A DNA stretch of 60,625 nucleotides, filler included, from Hausera hauseri (lineage: Eukaryota): the NCBI GenBank assembly GCA_046269625.1. It is 12 parts of 12 records of this genome, joined end to end, with 100 filler letters (N's around TTAATTAATTAA, not from the genome) between each part and the next. Parts side by side here need not be neighbours in the genome. Positions count along the whole stretch, not along the records: positions 11,801 to 16,193 come from JBJURY010604444.1; positions 16,294 to 20,314 come from JBJURY010814198.1; positions 20,415 to 24,870 come from JBJURY010572005.1; 9 more parts are not named here. One strand, given 5' to 3'. Within the stretch, counting starts at the first letter, position 1. Every line of letters begins with the position of its first letter. Of the stretch, positions 11,701-24,970 are shown in pieces. A program made the position numbers and the translations under genes. The notes under the pieces are model-generated. The model did not search any database, was not told where the DNA came from, and saw nothing but the letters and a program-made list of their open reading frames with translations.

Positions 11701-12205
11701 NNNNNNNNNNNNNNNNNNNNNNNNNNNNNNNNNNNNNNNNNNNNTTAATTAATTAANNNNNNNNNNNNNNNNNNNNNNNNNNNNNNNNNNNNNNNNNNNN
11801 TTGACAGTTGTGAATATCTATTATGCAATAATAATGAACAATATTAATATGTTAAAATATGTGTTTGTTATTGTTATTGTGCTTACAATGTAGTAACACA
11901 GTCTGAAATGTTTAATAAGCACCTTCTAACATATAAGTGAACAGAATTCTCTTATTTGGTAAGAAACTGGAAAGTTTAGTCTCTTTTTTGACCTTTAGTT
12001 AATAAATAATAAACATTTAGTAATAGGTTATTAATTCATCTGTAAATAATTTATAAATTATCCATAAACTCTAAGCCATCTATAAGGGGACCCTTGTAAA
12101 ATGGTACCTTTTTTAAAATAAGAAGATTACAAGTGTTTGAACATGAATGACTGGTTAAATGTAAACACCTTAACAAAACTGGAGATTTGTGTAAAAGGAT
12201 GTTGA

Positions 12206-12282
12206 ACAAAAACTTGGCCCCTCTATCAGCATTGTGGCCCCTTGATGGCCCCTCACTCAGGAAAATCCTAGATCCACCACTG
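12206..12282 (-). mobile_element. End of a hAT-type MITE
   Basis: Minus strand CAGTGGTGGATCTAGGATTTT followed by repeated AGGGGCCA. Second end not found. Confidence 0.4.
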
Positions 12283-12936
12283 CTGTAAACCAGCTGGATT
12301 TCTGTGTAAGACCCCTGTCTGTCCCACCACTCTGTCTCAGTGCTGCAGATCAAAGCTGGAGACTGAAACTAACGGTGACGTCATCACGCAGCGCTGGAAC
12401 CAAGACAACACAATCTGTGTTTCCTGTCTGACCCAGATGGCTCAGAACAGCTTAGTGCCATTGATTATTTCCATTTCCATTCTGCAGTCCTGTCGGACCA
12501 CTAAACCTGTTCTGCTGTGTTTAGAGTCCACTGTCCTGGATCCATCCTCCATCCCCTCCCCTCATTCCCTTCATCTCAGCATCTCTTCTTTTCACATTCA
12601 TTCCTACTTCAATCTGCCTCCTAATCCATTCCTTTTTCACGTTCCAGCTGGGGGGTCCTAAGCAGGCTCAGGAAAAGCATCTTTCCTGAAGACCATGTCC
12701 CACTCTGAGTCTTCTCCTCAAGCCTCCTTTGATGTACCTCCCCAGACACCTTGTTGTTCATCCCTTCACCCTTTGTCCCCTTCCCTCATCCCTACTTCCC
12801 TTCAACCCCTTTCTTCAATAAAATATTTAAACTCATACCTTGGTGTGGTCCTTGCTAGTGAAATGGTTATTTTAGAGAAAGTAAAACCTTTTCATTTTGA
12901 CACATTAATCATACTGGTGTCTCCTTTGTCTTACAG

Positions 12937-13334
12937 GTGTGGATATCCTCCATCGACTGGGGCTTACAGATCAAAGCAGCACAGACAGTCCCCAGGAGAG
13001 GACAGCCTTGCCTCAAACCACTTACACCAATGTTCCCCCGCGTCTGAATGCTCCAGTTCCTGGATATGGAGTGTCATTAGACACGAACTCCATTTATGAG
13101 ATTCCAGCAAGCAGTCTGTTCCATTCAGAGTTTGGAGTTGAGTTTTCTTTTGTGATTAGCCTGAGCTCCTGGCGAGCCAACAATGCTTTTGTTTTTAGTG
13201 TTAAAGATGGCAGGGACAGACTGCGTTTTGGCATTCAGCTGCTGCCACGAAAGGTAGTAGTCTACACTGCAGAGAAGTCCTCCAGCTACTTCACCCACAA
13301 CTGGGAGGATGGACAGCAGCATGCTTTTGCTGTT
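12937..13334 (+). CDS. Exon of a clade C fibrillar collagen (type XXIV/XXVII-like), N-terminal TSPN/LamG domain, truncated
   Basis: Splice acceptor ctcctttgtcttacAG at 12935-12936, then VDILHRLGL..FSFVISLSSWRANNAFVFSVKDGRDRLRFGIQLLPRKVVVY..DGQQHAFAV, resembling COL24A1/COL27A1 (DILxxLGL, SHRVNxAFLF, LQLGxQxLP). Confidence 0.85.
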
Positions 13335-13504
13335 TAGTTAGACGTGAGATGCGTTGTGTGTTGCGTGTTTTGTCTTTGTAGTAGTAGATGCTGTATATCG
13401 TCTTTTTGATGACGTAATTTTCTTTAGTTATGTATAGTAAGGGACTGTGGTGGTGACGTGTCTTTGTATTGGTAGCGTGTTTGGTGTTGTGGGTAGTGGG
13501 TCAT

Positions 13505-14040
13505 GAAAGGGGCATATTTTGCTGTTAAGGGTATGTTTCTCAAGAATGCGAACGGTGGGTAGGTCGTGTTCTTCGTGTTTAGGGGAATGTAAGTGGGTAT
13601 TTTCTATTAAGGGCGTGTTTCTTATGGTTGCGGGCGTGGTTTAGGTCGTGTTTAGAGGCACGTAAGTGGGTATTTTCTGTTAAGAGCATGTTTCTCTAGG
13701 ATGCGGGAGTGGTTTCAGGGTCTTCTTCGTGTCTAGGGACAGGGCAGGGCATATTTTTGTGGTCAAAGTCAAGCAGAAGAGCACGGAATGGGAGTCATGT
13801 GATGTCAGAAGGTGAAGTCAAGATGGTGGTTGTATGGCCCACGTGGGCAAAGTAAAGCGGAACAGGGCGGAACAGGAAGTGAGGTCATGTGACAACAGAA
13901 GGTAAAGTCAGAGGACAGAGTTAGACAGAAGCAAGATGGCGATTGCGTGGTCTACATGGGCAAAGTGAAGCAGAACAGGGTGGAACAGGAAGCGGGGTCA
14001 TGTGACAGCAGAAGGTGAAGTCAAGATGGCCACTGAAGTG
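13505..14040 (+). repeat. Two sets of degenerate tandem repeats (~85 bp and ~100 bp units)
   Basis: AAGTGGGTATTTTCT(A/G)TTAAG..TGTTTC and GTCATGTGA..CAGAAGGT(G/A)AAGTCA each recur about three times. Confidence 0.75.
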
Positions 14041-14137
14041 TACTGGAGTAGATAATGTGTAGTTGGCATAATTGTAACAACACACATTTTTATTATATTC
14101 ACAAAGAACATTACATACAACACATGACATGTTTTTA

Positions 14138-14950
14138 TTACAACTTTATTCGAGAAAGCATACAATATGTTAACCTATGGGAAAACCGTTCAAGTGGTAA
14201 ATATAAAAAACTTGATGATGGAATAGCTTCCATGCTGTATTTGGTATTTGGCCTATTGTGATGTGCAAAACTAAGTGGATCATCTTGTTCTAATGTCCTA
14301 ACGAAATCTTCAAAGTCTTTTCTATTGTTGATGAGTGTCAGTGTGTCTAGTACTGTAGCATTGTTTGACAACACGTGATAAAATCTAAGTTTCCCTGTCT
14401 CCCTGTGTCTTAGTATAAAGTAATGGCTATAGTTGAGCTTAAACCTACATGTCTGGTGTTTTAAAATATTGTCTAAAAGGCAGCTCCAGTCCAAACGGTG
14501 GTTAGTGTTTGGTCTGTGGAAATAAGTGTATGTGGAAATGTACTTGCCAATGTTTCTGTGAGTTTTAATTGCTGCCCAATTATCCCTATAAACAACTTTG
14601 AGATCGTCGTGCAACTCGGCTAACGTCTCATAATCGGAAACTTTCTTTGGTTTCTTGGAAGGATCGGCCTGTTCCTCCGCTAATTTATGTTTTTTACCTT
14701 CACTCCATTCCTTCTCTTAAGTTGTGCTTGAACATCAGAAGGAGCTGGTCTAGTGGTGGCGGTATGGTCCTTTTGAATATGGGCCTTCAATGTGTCAAAG
14801 GGCCCGTATAGACGCCCACAAATCTCACATGCAATGGGGCATCAACCGTGTGCCATTTCAGAGTGTCGCCATAAACTATCGAGTCTTCCAAAGACCCGGT
14901 TGCAGACAGAGCATTCATGTCTTGCTCTCTGTGAAATAGAACAGAAATCA
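14138..14950 (-). pseudogene. N-terminal region of Maverick protein-primed PolB with two C2H2 zinc fingers
   Basis: HECSVCNRVFGRLDSLWRHSEMAH and ACEICGRLYGPFDTLKAHIQKDH, then VYRDNWAAIKTH..FKLNYSHYFILRHRETGKLRFYH..RPNTKY. Truncated before the exonuclease. Confidence 0.7.
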
Positions 14951-15469
14951 TGCGTTTTAATATTTGACTTACACACCGACTACACTGTGGAAAGAAACAT
15001 TGTTAATCATATGACTTTTTACCTAACATATATGAAACAATTAACCACCAGCCACATTTTAAGCTAAACATTTCAGTACCAAACATTAACCATCCACACT
15101 ATTAGTAAGCCTGTTAATTTTAAGTAACTCTTTTCCACTACTACTAGATGGTAAGCATGTAACACTAAGACGCTTAACTAGCATGACTACTAGATATAAC
15201 TTTTTCACTGCTGCTAGTACATTACAACCAGCGCCTCCATGTACAGTCTCACTATGTCGATGAAGTACAAAAGTACGTGCAAACCCTTTTTGCAAATACT
15301 GCAGACATTGGTCCATAGAAGAAAAATACACGGGTTCATTATTAGCGGTATAACTAACATACAATTGCTGTGTGGAAAGAAAATTTTAACCCACAAAATA
15401 AAACATGTACAACAACCACTTCTGTTATACAGCTGTCACCGGACACATAATGATGATGATGGTCCAACT

Positions 15470-15790
15470 CCCCTCTAATGATAATAAAACATGATGTTTT
15501 CCATCACTACATGTTGCTGTTCCAATACCCTAACAATGCTAACAGGCCAGTGCTTACCAACCAAGCCACTACATGTTACCATCATGATGATGCTTTCCAT
15601 CCGACCTTAACATGATTATCAAGACCCAAATACATGTTCCCATACATGTTGATGATAAAACAACACCCAAGACCCCTAACAGACCACTACATGTTGATGG
15701 TTAACAAGACCCAAGCCACTACATGATAATAAAACCCTTAACTATAGTATAGACCTGTTGCTCAGAGTACATGATGATGAAAAAACTACA
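15470..15790 (+). repeat. Degenerate short tandem repeats (CACTACATGTTG / CATGATGAT)
   Basis: The motif recurs several times before the element end. Confidence 0.65.
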
Positions 15791-16293
15791 CAGAGGTAAA
15801 GAACCCCTTTAAGGAGACAGCACATCTTTGGTTACTAGAGCCTCATAAGCATGTCAGAGTCCCCATCACCCCTAGCTAACTAAACATAAAAAAAACATAA
15901 CTTTGCCGGTTCTTGGGTTTCTATTGCACCGACGGGTCCTTCGTTTGCAACAAGGTGTCCCTGGGTTTTCATTGCCTCGACAGATCCGTGGGTTGCGATT
16001 GTTGAAACGTTTTCCATCTGTAACAACCAATATGGATATGTTGTAATTATTTGATTAAAACCGAACATCAAATCAGACACAACTAAATAATATCAAGTAC
16101 AATTAATTAAAAACCCCGATCGCAAACAGACATAGCTAAAGCGTAATGATTAACAGTGAAAACCGAACATGAAATAAAACATGTTAAATCAAGNNNNNNN
16201 NNNNNNNNNNNNNNNNNNNNNNNNNNNNNNNNNNNNNTTAATTAATTAANNNNNNNNNNNNNNNNNNNNNNNNNNNNNNNNNNNNNNNNNNNN

Positions 16294-17235
16294 CCCCTTT
16301 CGAGCATAAATATAATATTGTCCTTGAGTATCTGCAATGTCACTCTAGTATATCTGAGCATTGCCGCCCATGACACTACCGGTGCAGCAAAATGTACGGG
16401 GTCCAGCTTGTGATTTTCTTTCGTAAATTTTCTGTGAATCATCAATCGCAAACATATTGATTGAAATTGATTTGATTTTCTCAAATTTCTCAATGTCATG
16501 AAATGATTGTGGAAAGCTGATACATGAGAAACCATAGTCATGCTGAAGATCCCTTTCCGCATGTATATTTATGAGTTTTGATAAAATTGCATATTTAAAA
16601 AAATTGATCACAGCTTTTTATTGTCAATCCAATTAGGCAGCTTAATATAAGAACTTCCTCTCCATGGGGAATACTTATTTATCCAAATGATTAAATTGTT
16701 GTTCACCGAAAGTGTCGAACTGCTGTTCTTTTTTCTTGATTTTCTTCTGCTTCATGTATAAGGTTTAGAACTCATTTTCCTAAAATGCACAATTATTTTG
16801 TTCTAAAAGTGGTTTTTGTTTTAAATGCTCTTTTGCTTCCTCACCATCTATGTCCGCATATATGGCTCTAACATTAAATTAGCTTTGATAGACTTCAACT
16901 CCCTCAGATTATCTTCCAAAATTCCGATCGATTCATTAAAAATGGAATCAAGAACATCCTGCAATGTATTTTGTCCTGTTGCAGGTAGTACAAATTTTCG
17001 CATTATACATTTAAAAGCAACGCCAACTTGATGACTGTCTTCCTTGCTTAAATCGTCCGGCCAAAGTGACAGTATGGTGCTTTCGACCTTCTCCAGTTTG
17101 TACTACTGCACTTGTTGATTGTCCATTGTCATTATTTTGTCAGAATAATTTCTCCGTCATCTCCAGTGCCTCCTTTTGATTATAAAAAATCACTTTTTTC
17201 TTCTCTTAACAGAAATCGGACAGGTGGCGTCCATG
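16294..17235 (-). pseudogene. Maverick pPolB remnant with large internal deletions
   Basis: NKYSPWRGSSYIKLPNWIDNKKAVIN..FKYAILS..ISFP..IEKFEK..ISINMF joined to NHKLDPVHF..SWAAMLRYT..MLERG. Homologous to contig K. Confidence 0.85.
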
Positions 17236-19083
17236 CTGCTTGAAAAATTCTGAATAAGAAACTCCCGAGACAATTTCATAGAATGGACATATGTAATAAT
17301 TGGGGTGATAAAATGAAACTCCGCAATATTTTTCCATTGTTCTGTGACAACTCTGTTAATTGTCACTGCAGAAGTCCAGTATTTGTAAAGTTGACATTTA
17401 TAAAAAGTATTATAAAAAATAAAAATTGCTTAAAGCAAAATTTACATTTGATATTGTTTTTGAAGAGAAATCAATCTATTTTAAGGTCACATTTATAGAT
17501 AATGTTTAATATGCATGTATGTATGAGTGTATCAAAAAATGATGTTATTTTATTTTTTGCATGTGCAGTAATTAAATCTTGTGTCCATTAAAAATTTTCG
17601 ATGTTTTAGAGGGTTTAGATCCTCTGCTTCAAAAAAAGAGGTTCGCAAAAATATATAAGGCAGTGTTTGTCATTATTCTGTCTTTTTACAACGCTCAAAA
17701 ATGAATACTCAAATGCTCGAAGAATTGATTGTCTCAGCAGCGTAAATTTTCAAGAGAAGCAGTGCAGTAGACAATGTAGAAGGAAACTCAAAAGGCAAAT
17801 CCAATAAAGAAATTGCTATCAGAAAAGCGCGCGAAGATATTGCACTGAAAGTGGGATTCGGATGACAAATAATTGTCGGACACTAGTTCAACAATAGTCA
17901 AAAGGAAGGCTGTAAGATGAACGTTTCAGAAAAAACAAACTGTACCGGAGGAGAAGCAGGATAATGAGCAGTCAATGGCTATCAGAAAGCCATTAGTCGC
18001 AGATATGGGTAAGCCTAGAGATACAAAGCGTCGACTAAAGCAATTGGCGAAAGCCTTAGAAGATTGGAACAATACGCAGGAGCGTATTGTCATTACAGAT
18101 AAAATGAAAAATCAATGCAAAAGGAATATGACCGACGCAATATAAGTCTAATAAACCTGAAGCTGAAAGCCGGAGCAACAGTCGAAACAATACAGTTGCA
18201 CGATCCAAAGGATCCCGAACTCCGTGTGAATCTCGATATGAGATGGAAAATTCAGCCAAAGCCAAAGCCAACGGAAAATTCGGAAGAGATCCGGCAATTA
18301 AAGCAACCGTTAGCTGAAGCTTAGGAACAGCTCGAAGAAAGGGAAATTTATACAAAGGGACCAAAGTTCAAAGTTGAAGCCGCAATGCTGTATTTAACAG
18401 CAGCGATAGATAGTAGCAACTTCAAAGAGTGATATATTTGCGTAAGAGCGAGGAAACAATATACAGTTGTCCTTCTATTGGTTGAACATACACAAAANNN
18501 NNNNNNNCACAAAATAGTACATATACTAGGTTGCGACTTAAAATTAAAATTTTGATTTATTCGTGGCAATCCCCGCCATTTGTTTCTCTTTCATGAGAAA
18601 AAGATTCCGTAAAAATTTCACCTCCATTGAACAGTATTTAAAGGTCGCTACCGCTTATCAAAATTTTAGATACTGGCATGTTACAATTGCATTGCCTTTC
18701 GTCGTATGTACTGCGCAATTGTCAAAACTATGGTTGATTGCGTGACATTTATTGTCATTCATCAATAGTTCATGTTCTTGCATTATCATGTGTGCTTGAG
18801 ATGTACAGCAATTCATTTTGCCTTGGATTGTAAGATATTGTCTGAGTATGTGTCAACATGTCATTTCTAGCCTGTTTGTAGAACCAGGCTAGAATTGACA
18901 TGTGAACACATTCAGATTCTACAAGACTGTAATGCATTTCAGGTGTGTGTTCTGTATATAAGCGCCTAAACTATACTTCACATATACAGAACATCAGATA
19001 ATACATTACTAAGAATTGATTATTGATCTATTACTTGCTATAAAACAGTAGTTTCTAAATATGATGAATTGCGGTGAAAATAT

Positions 19084-20314
19084 ATGTATTAGAAAACAAA
19101 CAGAATTATGGTTGATTGGGCAAATGTCATGCTGTCAGATTGCGACTAAGCTACCATCTAAGAGGGAAGTTATGGCGTTGTCTTATACTACAAGTGCGGA
19201 AAACAAACCATTATAGAAGCTAGTAATTCAGCAACGAACGGCGTATTGGAAGTATGGGCAAAAGTTCGAATTCCAACAAGACATAAAACAGATGTTGTAA
19301 ATAAAGTAGAAGGCATGCTCAGGGAATGGAAGTTAAAGAAAAATAAGGAAAACACTGCCGAACATTCTAAGGCTTTACAGCAGAAAGCGAATGAATAAAA
19401 AGATGGGTTGGAAAATCTGTTCGACGTTTCACACGCCAAAGCAGTAGAAATTATCAAAATACAAGAGGATAAGGATTTTCTGGTAGCTCAGTATGAGAAA
19501 GGACAACGAGGAAAATGGGAAATGTTGACCTAACACTGGCAAAAAAGGAAGCAGCATCACAAAAGAGCAAAAAATTTTAAAACAAGATGCATACAGGAAG
19601 AAAACTATCAGATCCCGGCAAGAAGTAGTTCATCTTGCATCTTCTTAAGAGGACGAAAAAACATATGCCACTGTTGGTCCTGCAGACAATACAAGTACTG
19701 ATGGAAAAGTGTCGACTTCTGATTTAGACATTGCTTTAAAGCGAGGAAGGAAGAACATAATAGACAAAACATTGTCAGTTAGTCTCGATGTTGCAAAAAT
19801 CAGCGATAGAAAAGCGGCCATTGTGCTAATTCCAACAATTCAGCAGCTAAATCATGATGCTTCAGAGTACAATGTGAATCCTACCAGTATTCGAAGGATC
19901 CGCAGAAAGTTTCGTTGCAGTACAGATCAGGCTTTGAAAACAAACTTCAAGGCTTCAGTTGCTCTAACCTTTCACTGGGATGGCAAAATGCTGGAGGATA
20001 TTGTGGAAAGAAGAACTGTAGACAGTCGTCCTATTCTGATATCTGGTGAAGGCATAGATCAGCTGCTCGCAGTCCCGAAACTCTCTACTGGTAAATGAGA
20101 AGCAATAGCGTATACAATGTATGGCATAACAGCAGATTGGAATATTTGCGACAATGTGAAATGCGTGTTTTATACAACAATAGTAAATACTGGAATAAGA
20201 AATAGGGCTTGTGTTCTGCTAGAACAGAAAATGGATAAAGATATGATTTGGTTAGCCTGTCTCCAAGTTGTTGTCACTTGATTCTTCAGCAGGACCAGAT
20301 ATTTTACTTTTCAA
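19084..20314 (+). pseudogene. DDE transposase remnant, probably hAT-related (hATm-like)
   Basis: KLPSKREVM..VWAKVRIPT..LENLFDVSH..EDKDFLVAQ..ISDRKAA..TFHWDGKMLED..QLLAVPKL..NTGIRNRACVLLEQK..WLAC. The superfamily name is from memory. Confidence 0.7.
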
Positions 20315-20414
20315 NNNNNNNNNNNNNNNNNNNNNNNNNNNNNNNNNNNNNNNNNNNNTTAATTAATTAANNNNNNNNNNNNNNNNNNNNNNNNNNNNNN
20401 NNNNNNNNNNNNNN

Positions 20415-20804
20415 AAGTGCCCGGATCGGCATCGACGAGCTCTTTCAACTGTTTAATGAAATCCATTTTTCGCTTTTGGCACACGGAACGATCGTGCTTC
20501 TTGCGGAGAGATGTTGCCGATCCATCTTGTTCCTATTCGGCAGTTCTGAATTTTGCCTGAACTCGATAGACGGTCGATTTAGGAATCTTCGTGAATTCGA
20601 TGATTTCATTTGGCGTGTGGCCCACGCGACTGCAGGTGATGGTAGTGTCACGACGCTCTTGTTCAACCGACATTTTCAACTTTGGTTCTACAATTGCACA
20701 TAATACAGCATGCCACAATTATACGTACAGTATGAAGATTCATTCTTTGATAATTAGGGAGCAGTGCAAGTTTAAAATAAATCTCAATCTAAACGGACCC
20801 CCTG
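20415..20804 (-). mobile_element. maT/Tc1-like transposon 5' end: TIR plus HTH region
   Basis: Minus strand TA|CAGGGGGTCCGTTTAGATTGAG (TIR ends at 20804), then MSVEQERRDTTITCSRVGHTPNEIIEFTKIPKSTVYRV. Confidence 0.75.
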
Positions 20805-21680
20805 TATATTATCCGTTTTCAATTTTTAGGTTTGACGTTTTCGAATGAATGGACAATGGTCGACTATTACTATTGAGATGTCTCATATTAATTATAACAG
20901 AATAGCAAACGATGATTATGTATATCAACATAACTGATATCATTTATATTCATTTGTTATCTGCTGTTAGTAAGAGTAAGTTGACAAAGTTTAATGCATT
21001 GTCGAATTACTACATAAGCTGTGGAATTCACTAACTGGGTTACGGCATAAATGCTCAAAGAATATTTTATTCAGATATTTGCGATATTCAATTTTTATAC
21101 ATAACGCTGGTCTAGTGGTGGTCCGATTTCATTTGGATTGCCCCTTTCTAAACCACGATATTAGTTTGAATTATTGATTGTCCAGTGATTTCGGTAATAT
21201 CTGAATGGAGCACGGTGAAAAACGTCCTAAAATTTTAAGAAAACTATTTGGGAAAAGTCGAAATTACATACATTCTTATCGGAAGTCATCAGCATATTGT
21301 AGTTGTAATAAAATGGTAATAAATCAATCCAATATTAAATAGATTTATCATCTTATTTAAAATTGTTTGGAATTAATTTTTATAATATGTTGGTTAAAGA
21401 AAAAAAGTAATATACGAAAATAATTTTTAATGTGATATTTGGTGTTAGTTGAAATTGTTTATAACAAAAGTCAAGGGAAAAGTAAAAGCGAGACAATTTT
21501 AATCATTATTAATATTAAAAATTCTTTCAATGTTTTATTTTTCAATAGTCTTTAAATTGTGGTAGTAGAAATGTTCCAGTTGCGTTATTCTGATTAAGTT
21601 CTGGCATACTGCACTATCTATATCCGCAATTCTTCCCCAGTGAAAATCAATCAATATTCTATGATCAAAGTCCGAATCAC

Positions 21681-21890
21681 CTAAGCAAACATGTCAAATC
21701 TAACAGTATGCTAACTGTGGTGCCCACCGTGCATTTTGGCCCCTTGGCCCATTTTGACGGGGTACAGCCGGGTGCGACGTTCCCCGCCCCAGCCAATAGT
21801 GCTTTCAGACGGGACTCAGTTTTCCTTCGTTGGAGAATTTTGCCGTCGGACAGCATTTCCAGATTTAGCATATTTGTCAAATTGCAATTC
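21681..21890 (-). CDS. Probable host exon of an unidentified gene
   Basis: GC-richer open island in AT-rich DNA (KALLAGAGNVAPGCTPSKWAKGPKCTVGTTVSILLDLTCLL) ending at a TTAG|GTGATT donor. Acceptor uncertain. Confidence 0.5.
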
Positions 21891-23399
21891 TACCAGTCTT
21901 TAAAAACTGAATCAATTTAAAATAGTCGAACTATTTGTTTTATTTGCCGTTTTATTATTATACAGCATAAATCAGCGACAACAGTGTATCTGAAGAATCT
22001 TTGATTATTTTTTTGAACGTCATGATAAAAGATCATTGTAGGTTGTATACATACCGAAATAATTTGTGTATATTTTGCATAATTACGTAAAAGAATAGAG
22101 TAGTATTGCCAGAATATAAATCCATTAGAAACATACTTTTCTAAGCCATTTTATTTATCTGTAAGATTTTCTGAAAAAGTTTTTCTTTCCGTTTAATATC
22201 CAAAATTGATTCTCATAGTATTCCGTGAAGATTACGTTTTTTTTCTTTCGACATTAAAATAAGCAAAATTTTCATTAACAAATCTGTTCATGATAAATAA
22301 TGAAATCATAAGACACATTAAAAACAACTATCAGTTTACTTTTCAGCCGTAATTTATATCTATATGCATTCACAAAAATCATTTTCTTTATCATACAATA
22401 ATAATAAAACAACTGTAATAGTCATTATCACTTATATGACAACAACAATTACGTGTATGTATATATCACCTATCAAATTCGGGAATCAAGTCAAAAAAAT
22501 TTTTTTAAGTCTAAAAATCAACGGGATTTATCGATTAAAACAAACTTCGTTTCTTAGAAAATAACGAGAACAATGGATCGAACACAAAAATATACGATAG
22601 GGTTTGTTTTTATTCATTAGCGTAAGGTCACGATAATTTCGGATTGATCACTGGGCGTTTGTTCGCTGGGTATTACGATTGATGGCATAAACGATGTTGG
22701 TGCGATGACGTAATTTCGCGGAGCGATATTCGTTTGAAGAGTTCATAAAATTGGCGATGCCGCATATATTTGCGGCTGGGAAACATACGGTAGCCGATAA
22801 CTGTAATTTATTAAAAATTTCGTAGTGTTTAACAATCCCGTCTGGCAAATATTTGATAAGGATGCTTGAATGAAGTTCAAGTGAGATGTTGGAACTGTTT
22901 GTTTTGCCAAATTTGGTATAACGGTAGCTATTCGGTTGTTGACTTGATAAAATCTCGTCACTGGTATTGTATATACAGAAATCGGTAAATTTCCCGGACT
23001 TCGATTAACCTTGCCAGATAGACAGAATGAATTCTGTACAAAATTCGGTGTCGAATACATTACTCCAGTCGCAGATATGTTGCATGTTGGCAAAGGCGTT
23101 TTAAATTATAAATCTTTTGATTTTGAATAATTCCGTATGTTTCGTTTGCCTTAAAGCTATAATTTCAATCGATTTAATAAGATTCATGATTTTTGGTTAC
23201 TGCCAAATATTAAATTGGCACATGCAGCCCATGGAAAGCTTCTCAACTTTTCTAAGCATGTGTAAACTTTACCGTGTTTGTAAATTAATGATAAATATCC
23301 ACAATCAGAAGACTATCCGAAAGATTGAAATTACGATAAAATGTCAACTGTAAAAAACCAAAATGTCTAAAATCAATTAAAATCAATTTATTTCAGTTT

Positions 23400-24870
23400 T
23401 CAAGGCAGAAAATTGGGGCCTGCCTGTGTCCGACGCGCCGGTAGCGGAACACCTGGCCGTGCCCAATTGAATGGGCCGGAGGGCGACGATCGGTTCGGGC
23501 ACCACATCACCCCCCTTCGTGACAAAGATGAAACTATAAAGAATAAAAGATAGAGACAAAAAGTCGCAAAACGAAGGGTGTCAGCTGAGCTTAGTGTGAA
23601 TAAGACATTGGGTACCTTCGACTGATTTTTCCCTTCTATAATTGCTGAATGTGACTCTGTGTGTTGTGTTTGTGCGATGTTTTTGTTTGCAGAGATTGAG
23701 GTTGGGGAAAAAATTGTTAGATTTTGGTGTAGGTGTTGTGTCGTGCGAAAATCCGTAGGAATAAAGAGAAGAAGAGGATGAAGAAGGGAGAGTGATTGTT
23801 GAAGACGGATGTTTAAAGGCATTGAAAAGTACTAGAAGAAGGAGTGATGAAAGGTGTAGTGGCGGATAAAGGAAGAGAAGAAAAGGTTGGAGTATAGATT
23901 GGAGTTGTGCTGAGTGAAACAGTGGAAGAGGAAGATGATATAGAAGGAGTGGTAGGAATAGAAGTCGAAAGTGTAGAAAGTGATGGAGCAAGACTAGGCG
24001 CAGAAGTGGAAGGTGGAAATGGTGTAGCAATAGATATAGTGATAGCAGGGGGTGAAGGAGTAAGAAAAGAGGTTTACGTGTCGGTTGGTAAGGTGTCGTC
24101 GACAAAGAAAGTGGGCTTTAGGTTGGTAATGTGTACTGTGAGGTCTTTGCCGTCTTTACAAATAATGGCGTTGTGTGAGTGTAGCTGTATCAGTTTATAG
24201 GGCCCCAGGTACCGCGTCTGTAAACCACAGGGCGCTTGATTCTTCAGCCATACGAATTTCGCCGAATACAAATCTTCGGGTAAATATGCTTTGTCTTTGT
24301 AAAATATCCTGCAGAACGAATCTTTGCTGACCTCGACGAAGAAGTTTTGCGCCGCCCGTATCGCCTCATCCTTGGGAGTGTCGTCTAGGGCGGTTAGTTA
24401 GAATAATGATCGGGCAGGTGCTCCGAATAAAGCTTCAGTAGGTGAATATCCTGTAGAAGTGGACGGAGTGTTCCGCCAGCCGAGCAGAACGAACGGAAGA
24501 AGATTCGTCCAGCTAGTGTTGGACTCTACGAGAATTCTTAGTGACGTTTTCAGTGTTCGGTGGAAACGTTCTAGAAGGCCATTCGATTGGGAGTGATGAG
24601 GCGTAGTATGAATGTGGCGGATTCCCAATCGATTAACAAGGGATTTGAAGAGGTTGTATTCAAACTGTGGACCCTGGTCCGTGATGATGAAGCGAGGTGG
24701 TCCAAATCTGCTAATCCATGTACGAATGAAAACGTCAGCTATAGTGTCGGTGTTTGTGCTCTGCAGAGTGATGGCTTCTGGCCATCGCGAGGAACGGTCC
24801 ATCATGGTGAGGATGAATTGATGTCCGTTGTCTGGAGGAAGAGGGCCAACGATGTCGATATGCACGGATT
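23400..24870 (-). mobile_element. Ty3/Gypsy (CsRN1/Kabuki-like) 3' end: integrase, low-complexity tail, PPT and start of 3' LTR
   Basis: HIDIVGPLP..DRSSRWPEA..WISRFGPP..TDQGPQF..SNGLLERFHRTLK; GPY motif (YLGPYK); PPT GAAGGGGGGTGA followed by TGTGG starting at 23506. Confidence 0.9.
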
Positions 24871-24970
24871 NNNNNNNNNNNNNNNNNNNNNNNNNNNNNN
24901 NNNNNNNNNNNNNNTTAATTAATTAANNNNNNNNNNNNNNNNNNNNNNNNNNNNNNNNNNNNNNNNNNNN

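Larger units (their letters stand above)
13331..15886 (-). mobile_element. Internally deleted Maverick-like element (~2.55 kb)
   Basis: Bounded by an 11-bp inverted repeat (TGTTTAGTTAG 13331-13341 / CTAACTAAACA 15876-15886). Has subterminal tandem repeats and a pPolB N-terminal fragment. Confidence 0.6.

Noticed and set aside
13505-14040. Spaced repeats as a CRISPR array
   Set aside because: Units are degenerate along their whole length, with no unique spacers, no cas genes and a eukaryotic context.
22620-23093. S/T/P/N-rich minus-strand ORF as a gene
   Set aside because: No recognisable motif, an internal stop and no clear splice signals; cannot be supported.
23581-24105. 174-aa Leu/His/Pro-rich ORF as an env or membrane protein
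   Set aside because: Alternative-frame reading of the pyrimidine-rich low-complexity tail after the Gypsy integrase.
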